DNA of 64,000 nt from assembly GCA_014728035.1 (NCBI GenBank), contig WJMJ01000148.1:1-64000 (forward strand), read 5' to 3'. Shown here piece by piece: positions 40,419-48,607 of the stretch (positions are counted from its first letter, which is position 1; the number at the start of each line of letters is the position of its first letter). Position numbers and translations under genes: made by a program. The stretch comes from Promethearchaeota archaeon. Its GTDB lineage: Archaea > Asgardarchaeota > Thorarchaeia > Thorarchaeales > Thorarchaeaceae. The notes under the pieces were generated by a model. It had not been told where the DNA came from. It saw only the letters and a program-made list of their open reading frames with translations, and did no database searches.

Positions 40419-41210
40419 ATGTTAGACTGTCCTCTGAGGGCCTCTACCGTGATTGAAAGAATAGTAGCTTACTTGGCTATCATATTGGACTTTGGACCTC
40501 AAAAAATATCCGCTCTTGGAAGTAACCAATCCAGAGAGTATAGTCTATTGTTTTGGGAAGAGCTCAAGCAGCTGCTAGGTCCTATTTTCGGACCGATTTT
40601 TGAACCAATAATAGTACCAATTCTGGATGCTCTTAGTAATGATTCATATCGACTACTATTTGTCGACACGCTTGTGTGGACGTTGGTTATCATCTCAATA
40701 CTTACATTTCTAGCATATGAATGGCCGATTATATCAGGCATTTTTGCACCATCCAAACCAAGAAGAAAACCGCCACCATCAACAACCACGGTTACAGCCA
40801 CATCTGCTCAAAGAGAATATAGGAGTAGAAAATCAAGGAGGATTCCCCGAGATAAAGTTGAATTGCAGCCTGTTAGAAGAGAGATGGAAGGAGTTTCGAT
40901 AAAAGCTAAGATGGATCGACAAGGTGACTATTATACACTGAAAATTCAAATTCATAATGGTGCTGATTTTCCAATGAAGATGTCACTTGTAGAATTAGTT
41001 GTTCCAGTTGGAATCGACACTGCTGTAGGAACATTGAGGATGCAAAGATTGGGTGAGATTGATATCGGTGACTCAAGGTCATGTGAATTCAAACTGATAA
41101 CCCGAGGAGGAGATATCGAAGAGCTCGAGGGTTATGTTGAATTCATGAGTGACTCTTATGAATCTGCACGGATTCCAATACCCAATCTATTCCAAGAAAA
41201 GAGTGCTTGA
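40419..41210 (+). CDS. Membrane-anchored protein with C-terminal Ig-like (appendage/GAE-like) beta-sandwich
   Basis: TM at aa ~80-100 and a basic/Thr-rich linker, then YTLKIQIHN...VELVVP...LGEIDIGDSRSCEFKL...LEGYVEF. Start uncertain. Confidence 0.55.
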   Translation: MLDCPLRASTVIERIVAYLAIILDFGPQKISALGSNQSREYSLLFWEELKQLLGPIFGPIFEPIIVPILDALSNDSYRLLFVDTLVWTLVIISILTFLAYEWPIISGIFAPSKPRRKPPPSTTTVTATSAQREYRSRKSRRIPRDKVELQPVRREMEGVSIKAKMDRQGDYYTLKIQIHNGADFPMKMSLVELVVPVGIDTAVGTLRMQRLGEIDIGDSRSCEFKLITRGGDIEELEGYVEFMSDSYESARIPIPNLFQEKSA

Positions 41211-41223
41211 TGTTTTCAATTGA

Positions 41224-41742
41224 TTAATACATACCGTAACCAGAAGTTGCTAACCTTCCTCCAGTTGAACCACTTCCTCTAAGCAGTCCGGTTCCTAACA
41301 TGTATTGTTTATACTTGTCGCCAAAATTTCGTAGCATAGCTTCATCATGACGCTTGGCCATTATGAACCATAGAAATCCAAAGAATGGAATCACTGGAAT
41401 TAGTGCTATGGCTCTAAACAAAAATACGAATGCTATATTCATGTATATGAATGCTGCACCAATAGGATATCGAATGTCAGCGTAGATTCCTTCACTTATG
41501 ATCTCTGTCGCATAGTTGGGATTTAGTCTACCTCTCACATTAGAATTTGCTGCTATAATGTAGCGAATGAATTTCCAAGCGAAATAAACACCTACTAATG
41601 CAAATAGAATGTCCCAGAAACCAATCCCATGAGTCATGTTGTAATAACCAATCGGAATTACAACTAGAAGATTCAAAATTGCTAACAATGTTGGAAGAGA
41701 TTCTATGTCTCGATAATCCACATCTTCGTAGGTAGCGGTCAT
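41224..41742 (-). CDS. ICMT/PEMT-family membrane methyltransferase homolog (divergent motif)
   Basis: IISEGIYADIRYP and E..L.NFGDKYKQY, four TM segments. Confidence 0.7.
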   Translation of the reverse strand: MTATYEDVDYRDIESLPTLLAILNLLVVIPIGYYNMTHGIGFWDILFALVGVYFAWKFIRYIIAANSNVRGRLNPNYATEIISEGIYADIRYPIGAAFIYMNIAFVFLFRAIALIPVIPFFGFLWFIMAKRHDEAMLRNFGDKYKQYMLGTGLLRGSGSTGGRLATSGYGMY

Positions 41743-41812
41743 TTTTTTGGATAAACCCTCAATTATTTCCTATACTGAAAGCAGATAAGATTTGTTCATA
41801 ATTGATATGATT

Positions 41813-42403
41813 TCAACTATCTGTATGTGGAGATTCGGGACGTGAAACTCGTAATGGTTTTGCTGTATCACCATTCAGACGTAATACTTTCTTTGCATAT
41901 TCCAAATTCTTGAATTTTAAAATCACTTCTTGAGAACCTACCATAATTTTCTCAATAGCCACAAATTTCTCCAAGCGGGATGGTCCACTCGCCCAGAATC
42001 CGATAACAATAGCACTTCCAAGAGCAAGAAAAGTAACGTACCACGGCAAAGGAAGAACTACAAGATCTACTGCATAGAAGAATATGACAGCTCCAATAAA
42101 TAGGAAGAATACCATTAAGAGTCCCATGATCAAAGAGAAGATTCCTTTCATTTTCACACTGTCATGAAAATCAATATGGTGTTCTTCACAAACAGGGACT
42201 TGAATTTCTTTTCTTATCGTTACACTACCTTTCATACCTCTGTTAAAATACCACACAGAATGAACGCGTGTCCAGTCTTTCATTGTTGAAATTATTGAAC
42301 TAGTTTTTGAGGCGTGTCGACCGCAAATAGGACATTCATCTGGGAATAATATATCCGATGTTTCAAAATGGACCAAATATTTCTGATCGTTCAAAACACC
42401 CAC
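41813..42403 (-). CDS. 2-TM protein with CxxC...CxxH Zn site
   Basis: FPDECPICG...VPVCEEH, two TM, LEK...YA..L.LN. Paralog of 46971..47552 and 47651..48253. Confidence 0.75.
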   Translation of the reverse strand: MGVLNDQKYLVHFETSDILFPDECPICGRHASKTSSIISTMKDWTRVHSVWYFNRGMKGSVTIRKEIQVPVCEEHHIDFHDSVKMKGIFSLIMGLLMVFFLFIGAVIFFYAVDLVVLPLPWYVTFLALGSAIVIGFWASGPSRLEKFVAIEKIMVGSQEVILKFKNLEYAKKVLRLNGDTAKPLRVSRPESPHTDS

Positions 42404-42477
42404 TAGTTCTCACCACTCGAATTTTTATTACCAGCATATATGAATTAGTCAGTTAACGCAAATTAAGGTCAGTGAGT

Positions 42478-42566
42478 AAAAAAGAGTTCCCCCCTACCAC
42501 AGCGGAAACAAATGGGTTTTGTGCAGGACTCAAAACATGCATTGAGAGGAACATGCATGAGGGACC
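42478..42566 (-). ncRNA. Candidate multi-stem structured RNA ending in a U-tract
   Basis: Three internal hairpins closed by UCCCU/AGGGG, a loop GUUCC complementary to 3' GGAAC, and UUUUUU at the 3' end. Confidence 0.35.
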
Positions 42567-42724
42567 ATGTATATTATTATTTTATCCATTAGTAAATGTG
42601 ATTGTGCATATCTGGACACTTTGATTGCGTTGTTTTCCATTGCTGTTGCTCTGTTGTTACATTCTATAAAGGGATTTAGAATCAAAATGGATTGCTATTG
42701 ACATTTACTTATTGAGGAATATTT

Positions 42725-43759
42725 ATGGAGAATGCTTTTGACGAAATTGGATTTGCAACCACTGAAGAAATGCTTATCGCTAGCATACGACAACCAGTGA
42801 AGACTAGAGAAGAAATAATTGATAGATTGCAGAATATGAAGCAAGTATTGAAAGATAGAATAGCAGGACCTCCTTTTGCAATATTCTATTTTGACACACC
42901 CGTGGACGGATTTGATGTAGAAACTGGTTTTCCAGTAGACTCAGAATTTTCTATTGATGAAATTTCATCCAGGGCTATCGATGCAAGCGATGCATTTGTA
43001 GTGAGAAAACAGGGAAGTATGAAGGATCTCAGAAAATCCGTAGTACAGATCTCTGAATTTGCTGGAACTAGAGGAATCCCTTCAGCTCTAAGATATATGG
43101 AAATTTATCATTCTGGATTTTTGGATGAATCTTCTGAATTAGATTTTGAGATAGTATACTATCTACACAATTGGCAAGCACGATTTCTATCATATGTTGA
43201 ACAATTTACAAATCAATCAACCTACGAAGCTATTATCGGACTTGGAAAACCACCTGATACTCTTGAACCTGCAGAAAAACGAGCAGATTGGGTCAAGAAA
43301 GCGATTAGTATTCTTGAAGAAAAAAGTAGTGAAAGACAAATTTCTGAGGTTATATGTAGCTGCGCTCACGTGCGACCGAAAGAAGATATTGAAGTATATC
43401 GAAAAGTTTTCGAAGAAACTGGAAGCTTAGAAGAAGTATTGAAGGTACAGATTCAAAAATTTAAAGGACGATGGATAGAAGAACCATATATTGAAGGAAA
43501 CAAAATATACATGACAAAAGTTGTGCGTGATATAGACAGTTATAGGAAAGGAAAGACACAAAAAGAACGAATAAAAGCTCACTGTTTCTGTCCCATGGTT
43601 TTTGAGATGCTTGATGAAACCCCTCCAAAATTTTGTTACTGCGGAGGTGGATGGGCTCGCCAGATGTGGGAGGGAGTTCTTGGTTATCCAGTAGATGTCA
43701 AGTTGGTTAAAACTGTAGTTGATGGTAGCGATACCTGCGCTTGGGAAATCACGATTTAG
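42725..43759 (+). CDS. GyrI-like small-molecule-binding domain fused to a DUF6144-type Cys-rich domain
   Basis: N-terminal GPPFAIFY...DVETGFPV...EIYH. C-terminal CSCAH, HCFCP, FCYCGGGW and TVVDGSDTC. Confidence 0.8.
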   Translation: MENAFDEIGFATTEEMLIASIRQPVKTREEIIDRLQNMKQVLKDRIAGPPFAIFYFDTPVDGFDVETGFPVDSEFSIDEISSRAIDASDAFVVRKQGSMKDLRKSVVQISEFAGTRGIPSALRYMEIYHSGFLDESSELDFEIVYYLHNWQARFLSYVEQFTNQSTYEAIIGLGKPPDTLEPAEKRADWVKKAISILEEKSSERQISEVICSCAHVRPKEDIEVYRKVFEETGSLEEVLKVQIQKFKGRWIEEPYIEGNKIYMTKVVRDIDSYRKGKTQKERIKAHCFCPMVFEMLDETPPKFCYCGGGWARQMWEGVLGYPVDVKLVKTVVDGSDTCAWEITI

Positions 43760-43776
43760 GAAAAAGTGCTAAATCT

Positions 43777-44083
43777 ACCAGGTGATATCGGAAGATTGAC
43801 CGTTCATTGTTTCATAATCAAATTCATACATATGAGCGTTGACATCCCAGGTAACGCTAATGGGTGAAACTTTGTCCTCATCAGGAACTGGTATCTATTA
43901 ACCACAGTATCAATTTATATCAACCAGTATAAGCTCCTAACACAACTTGTCCCAAAATGTCCAGGTAGCCACATCAGGATAGGATTGTATTTCTGGGAGC
44001 ATATTTTCGATTTTACCAAGATTAAACAAGCTGTATTTGTTAATTGGGGGACTACTACAAACTCTGGATTTCATTATGCTCAT
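43777..44083 (-). pseudogene. Decayed gene remnant, homologous to 15024..15215
   Basis: GAGG RBS with ATG at 44083, several stops and frameshifts, and an intact segment PVPDEDKVSPISVTWDVNAHMYEFDYETMNGQSSDITW*. Confidence 0.5.
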
Positions 44084-44185
44084 TTTTTCGTAATTACCTC
44101 TTCATTTTTAGATTCTGAATCAACCATGGAATAACATTCCAATCAATTCATTTCATAAGTATGTTCAAGTAAGTCAGGACCAAGA

Positions 44186-45064
44186 TTAGCTTTTTTCCCA
44201 TTCAAAAATAGTATCTGTTTCCGACTCCTGTTCTCGGGTTTCAAATGGATAAAATACTTTCAAAGGGATTTCTGCAACATGGTCAAATCGGAATGGAACA
44301 TCAACTTCCACACGAAGAACATATTGTGTCCATACGAGTTCGCTCATTAATGGCAGAGGCCAATCATTCGAGGTATTCAATCTAACATCAATCCATGAAT
44401 TACGGGTCAATTCGCTATCAGGTATTCTCCAAGAACCTAGCTTATCCAGATATGCTTCCTTAATCCCATCTGGTGCCACTTGCTCCTTGTACACAAGATA
44501 TGCTCGGACCTCACGTAGCTTTTGTTGGTCTTGAACTCGGAACTTGAATGTAAAATCTTTACCCAGTGTTACAACATCATCTTGGATATCCAATTCAAGA
44601 GGTGATTCTTCTTTTTTGTCATAGGGCCAATGAATTGTTTCCGATTTCATTTCTGGATTTGATGCTAACCAAGCAATTTGAATTGGTGTGCTTTCGGTCT
44701 TATCAGGCCAATTCTTTTTTTCGATCACAGCACTTACAGAATATTGAATCCAACCATTATGTCCATAATAACTTCCAGGAGCATCACGTGGTATTGTGAG
44801 AGTGAAATTAAAAGAATTTGTACCCGCTTGAAATTCTGGAGCTTCTAGAAGTGTTTCAGAATTATCTATGACAGGAATGACATTCTCATAGATTCGACGG
44901 TGTTTTCCTGATCCAAGAATGACTCTGCTTTGGATTACACCCTTATAGTCCAAACGCAACGCTTCACACGTTTCAAGCTTATCACATATTACGTGAACCT
45001 GGCCTCTAATTTCTTCACCAGGACGATATATCTCTCTATCTGTCGTTATCGATAATTGCGTCAT
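44186..45064 (-). CDS. Arrestin-fold protein (Arrestin_N + Arrestin_C)
   Basis: YRPGEEIRGQV, AGTNSFNFTLTIP..APGSY.G.NG.IQY.V.A.IEK..W.D, and a C-domain SELVWTQYVLRVEVDVP...EIPL. Confidence 0.85.
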   Translation of the reverse strand: MTQLSITTDREIYRPGEEIRGQVHVICDKLETCEALRLDYKGVIQSRVILGSGKHRRIYENVIPVIDNSETLLEAPEFQAGTNSFNFTLTIPRDAPGSYYGHNGWIQYSVSAVIEKKNWPDKTESTPIQIAWLASNPEMKSETIHWPYDKKEESPLELDIQDDVVTLGKDFTFKFRVQDQQKLREVRAYLVYKEQVAPDGIKEAYLDKLGSWRIPDSELTRNSWIDVRLNTSNDWPLPLMSELVWTQYVLRVEVDVPFRFDHVAEIPLKVFYPFETREQESETDTIFEWEKS

Positions 45065-45066
45065 TA

Positions 45067-45531
45067 CTATCCCTCCATCATAGGTTCATAGCGTTCTTTT
45101 CCAATACAATCAACTTCAGCTTCACACTCTGGACAACCAATCGTCAATGTATTTTTCAAAGTAAGACTTATGCCTTTAAGATTGAAACCACAACTGGGAC
45201 AAGTTTCAGGAGGCCTATATTTTCCATAATATAGTCCTTCACCCCTATCTTGGTAAATCACCATTCCATACCCCTTTCGGGTTCCGTCCTTATCCAATGT
45301 TTCTGTTGATTTCCTTTTAGCTAAAACATAAGCACCAAAAATACACATCACAAGCACAACTAAAAATGGCATCACCCAACTATATGGGCCCATAGTACCC
45401 CAAATAGGCACTGTAATTACAACAAGGAAAGAAAGAGAACAAAATGTAACAGTTAGTACGACTCTCTCTTTCCCGGTAACTTCTCCCGAATTCGGTATTT
45501 CCAACTTACTAACCTCTAGACACGCATTCAT
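45067..45531 (-). CDS. 2-TM protein with C-terminal Zn ribbon
   Basis: Two TM helices, PPETCPSCG...LTIGCPEC. Stop lies 2 nt before the arrestin ATG. Confidence 0.75.
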   Translation of the reverse strand: MNACLEVSKLEIPNSGEVTGKERVVLTVTFCSLSFLVVITVPIWGTMGPYSWVMPFLVVLVMCIFGAYVLAKRKSTETLDKDGTRKGYGMVIYQDRGEGLYYGKYRPPETCPSCGFNLKGISLTLKNTLTIGCPECEAEVDCIGKERYEPMMEG

Positions 45532-45603
45532 CTTTTTAGTTTGAAAGAATAAAAAGAATGAGGTTTTTTACTGCTCACCTTATTAATCCTATTCTACTGT
45601 AAC

Positions 45604-46491
45604 TCATTTACTGTCCCATTCAAATATTACTGTGTCATCAGTACTGGTTGAATCTCGATGGAATGGAAATGTAACAAGTAGAGGAATTCTGGAGGTGATA
45701 TCTGTACGGAATGGTACATCGATATCAACCTCTAGAACATATTGTGTCCAAATCAACTTACTTAGAAATGGAAAGGGCCATTCTGAAGAAGTGGGGATTC
45801 GAACATCCATCCAGGTGTCGGTCATTACTTCATTCTTATCATATTCTATCATTGCTAGTATATCCCTAGAAAAATCGTTCATTCCCTTAGGTGCTACTTC
45901 TTCTCTGTAAGCTATCTTTACGCGGAGTCCACGCATATCTAGTCCAGAAGCTACTTTTACTTTGAACAAGAGATCCTCTCCTAGAACTAAATGATTGGAA
46001 TCTAGGCTAACTTCAAGACGTGGATAATCCTCTTCCTCATCTATCCAGTGGATAGATTTAGATTCTATATTTTGTCTAGGCACCAACCAGACAACTTGAA
46101 GTTTTTCAATAACCAATGGATCAATCCAATTTTCCTTTTCTAGAACTGCGCGGATTTCATAGACAATTTCACCATTTGTACCCTCATACGTACCAGGCAC
46201 ATCAATTGGAAGTTCAACAGAAAAGGGGAACTTATTGATACCTGCTTGGATTTGTGGTTGTTCAGCAAGATAATGCTTATCCTGAATGATATGCTCTGTA
46301 TCGATGTAAGTTCTACGGCTATCACCGGTCCCCTTAGAAACTTCTGACTTCATCGTGCAGAATAAATCAAGTCTAACAGCTTCATATGAATCGTATTCAT
46401 CAGATTCAATTATTACTTCACCAGTAATAGCATCTCCTGGTTTGTGTAGGTCTTTATCAAATGCTATTTTAATATCTACCATTTTTATCAC
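45604..46491 (-). CDS. Arrestin-fold protein (paralog of 44186..45064)
   Basis: KPGDAITGEV, AGINKFPFSVELP.DVPGTYEG.NG.I.YEI.A.LEK..W.D and SKLIWTQYVLEVDIDVP. Probable start is MVDIKI. Confidence 0.85.
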   Translation of the reverse strand: MIKMVDIKIAFDKDLHKPGDAITGEVIIESDEYDSYEAVRLDLFCTMKSEVSKGTGDSRRTYIDTEHIIQDKHYLAEQPQIQAGINKFPFSVELPIDVPGTYEGTNGEIVYEIRAVLEKENWIDPLVIEKLQVVWLVPRQNIESKSIHWIDEEEDYPRLEVSLDSNHLVLGEDLLFKVKVASGLDMRGLRVKIAYREEVAPKGMNDFSRDILAMIEYDKNEVMTDTWMDVRIPTSSEWPFPFLSKLIWTQYVLEVDIDVPFRTDITSRIPLLVTFPFHRDSTSTDDTVIFEWDSK

Positions 46492-46913
46492 TCCATAGGC
46501 ATACTATCAAACTTACCCTCGCAAGGAATTTCTTTTTTGCAGGATGGACAAGTCACAGTAAGGTTATCAACCAGTTCCAGAAATTTCGTTGATAGGTCCG
46601 CTCCACATTGGAAGCATTGTTGAGGTAAAGCATATTTTGTGAGGTATACATTATCACGCTCAGTTGGCACAATAACCATTTTGAATGAAGCGAGAGTGAC
46701 ATCAGTCACAAGATCTCCACCAGTTGCAGCACCATAACAACACCCAAAGAACGTTACTAAAGAAAACACCAATAGGAATAGAATAATCATATCTTCTGGA
46801 GTTAGAGTTACACCAAATAGAAAAACAGCAATTATTGCTATTATTACTCCAATTAGGATAATTCTAATACACACACTTGCTGCTGATTTGGATTTTACTT
46901 GTTCCGGCAACAT
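46488..46913 (-). CDS. 2-TM protein with C-terminal Zn ribbon
   Basis: Two TM helices, LPQQCFQCGA...LTVTCPSC. Stop overlaps or abuts the arrestin start. Confidence 0.75.
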   Translation of the reverse strand: MLPEQVKSKSAASVCIRIILIGVIIAIIAVFLFGVTLTPEDMIILFLLVFSLVTFFGCCYGAATGGDLVTDVTLASFKMVIVPTERDNVYLTKYALPQQCFQCGADLSTKFLELVDNLTVTCPSCKKEIPCEGKFDSMPME

Positions 46914-46970
46914 CGATCATCTCCTTACTAAACCAAGTTACGCAAATATTGAAGGATTAAAAACTTCACG

Positions 46971-47552
46971 CTATTTTCTAACTACTTTCAAAGGCAGTGC
47001 AGTCGGATTCAATTCTAACAGTTTCAGTGCGTACCACTTTGGCTTAATCTGAAGTGTGATCATTGACCCACTTGATGCACCTTTATAGATCATAACTGAT
47101 TTTTCCAAAGGACTAAGACGAAGAAAATAATAACCAAAAGAGGATAAAACAACTGATATGAAAAAAAGTAGGATAAAGGGAGGAAAAATTGGTGCTTGGA
47201 AGATTATGGTACTGACAAGGAAAAAACTAGACATGATTAATAACAGAGTTCCGAGACCTGCAAAGAGTGTGGCAAATCTCTTAATCCTGTACATTTTTTC
47301 CGGTGTACTGTGATGTTTTTCACACACTGGGACATTTACTCGAAGCACTTCGCTTCTTCCAAGTTGTTGCCCTGTACCACTCAAAGGACTTGTAGACCAA
47401 CCTCTTGAAATATCTTTGAAATCACCTCCTATTGGAAGAACTATTCCTACCGAACCAATTGTTGTAACTTCATCCCCACAAACTGGACATTTATCTGGAA
47501 ATTCGATTATCTCCTCAACAAATTTTACAAGATACGAGCCACGAGATGTCAT
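46971..47552 (-). CDS. 2-TM protein with CxxC...CxxH Zn site
   Basis: SYLVKF...FPDKCPVCG...VPVCEKH, two TM, SPLEKS...KWYALKLLELNP. Confidence 0.75.
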   Translation of the reverse strand: MTSRGSYLVKFVEEIIEFPDKCPVCGDEVTTIGSVGIVLPIGGDFKDISRGWSTSPLSGTGQQLGRSEVLRVNVPVCEKHHSTPEKMYRIKRFATLFAGLGTLLLIMSSFFLVSTIIFQAPIFPPFILLFFISVVLSSFGYYFLRLSPLEKSVMIYKGASSGSMITLQIKPKWYALKLLELNPTALPLKVVRK

Positions 47553-47650
47553 TTTCCAAGAAATAGGAATGGTGGTTTATTAATTATATTGCCCTTTTTG
47601 GTATTCCTAAAATTAAATAATATGATTTCAGAAAGGAACAAATTTTGGGT

Positions 47651-48253
47651 CTAATCCTCCTTGACTCTCTTCAATGGTACAGCATCAGGATTGAGTTTCA
47701 ATAGTTCCTTAGCATACCATTTCTGATCAACTTCCAAACAAACCATATCACTACTTGTCTGAGGAAGATAAATGCTAATCGAACGCTCTAAAGGACTTTT
47801 TCGTAAAAGAAAAAAACCAGGAGTTGCTAGAAAGAATCCAAAAACTAGCAAATACAAATAGGGTAAAAATATTACTTGAGAATCAATCAAACCACCTATG
47901 ATGAAAAACGACATAAGCAGAATTGTGAACAAGCCTAATCCTCCGAGCAAAGCCCCAATCCAGTTGGTTTTCTCTCTCTCAAATGGAGAACTAAAATGTA
48001 ATTCACAAACTGGTATTTCAAGTCTAATTTGATGCTGAGATGTCTTCTTAGAGGTTGTAGGAGGAGCTACAATAGGAATGACCCATGTTCTCACGCTCGA
48101 AAAAATTCCACCAGTCAAAGGATTGGATGAAAGTATCAGTCCTGTGGTTGTAGTTAAATCTCCACAAACTGGACATCGGTCTGGATAATTTATCTGGTTT
48201 CCATAGAATTTTACCAGATAGCTTTTTCTTCTAGCCATGTGAAACTCAACCAA
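47651..48253 (-). CDS. 2-TM protein with CxxC...CxxH Zn site
   Basis: SYLVKF...YPDRCPVCG...IPVCELH, two TM, SPLERS...KWYAKELLKLNP. Confidence 0.75.
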   Translation of the reverse strand: MVEFHMARRKSYLVKFYGNQINYPDRCPVCGDLTTTTGLILSSNPLTGGIFSSVRTWVIPIVAPPTTSKKTSQHQIRLEIPVCELHFSSPFEREKTNWIGALLGGLGLFTILLMSFFIIGGLIDSQVIFLPYLYLLVFGFFLATPGFFLLRKSPLERSISIYLPQTSSDMVCLEVDQKWYAKELLKLNPDAVPLKRVKED

Positions 48254-48607
48254 CTTGGAAATCGGTAATATCCTTGTATCTTAACAATCCACTAAAAATA
48301 TTTTCATGAAAAAAAAGTGGTTGATATTTATGAAAGCCAAAGTTCTATCATATCTCATTACTTCTTTAACAATGATCCTTTCTTTACAGAAAAATCGCAG
48401 ATATAATCTTTGCATCGAAAAAGCTTAGAGAAATTTGATTGGGACTATCAGTAGAAATTAAGCTAAAATAATCTATTAGAAAATACTATTCTCCAACGAA
48501 GAAATACATTCTTGATGATTTGAGAGAAATATGTCACAACCTAAATCTAAAGTATAGGATTTTGTCAACCTGCATTGATATTCAGGAATAGATTTGAGGA
48601 GTAATCG

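Noticed and set aside
42486-42566. Cloverleaf-like fold as a tRNA
   Set aside because: No 7-bp acceptor stem, no canonical T-arm or D-loop GG, and loop sizes are wrong.
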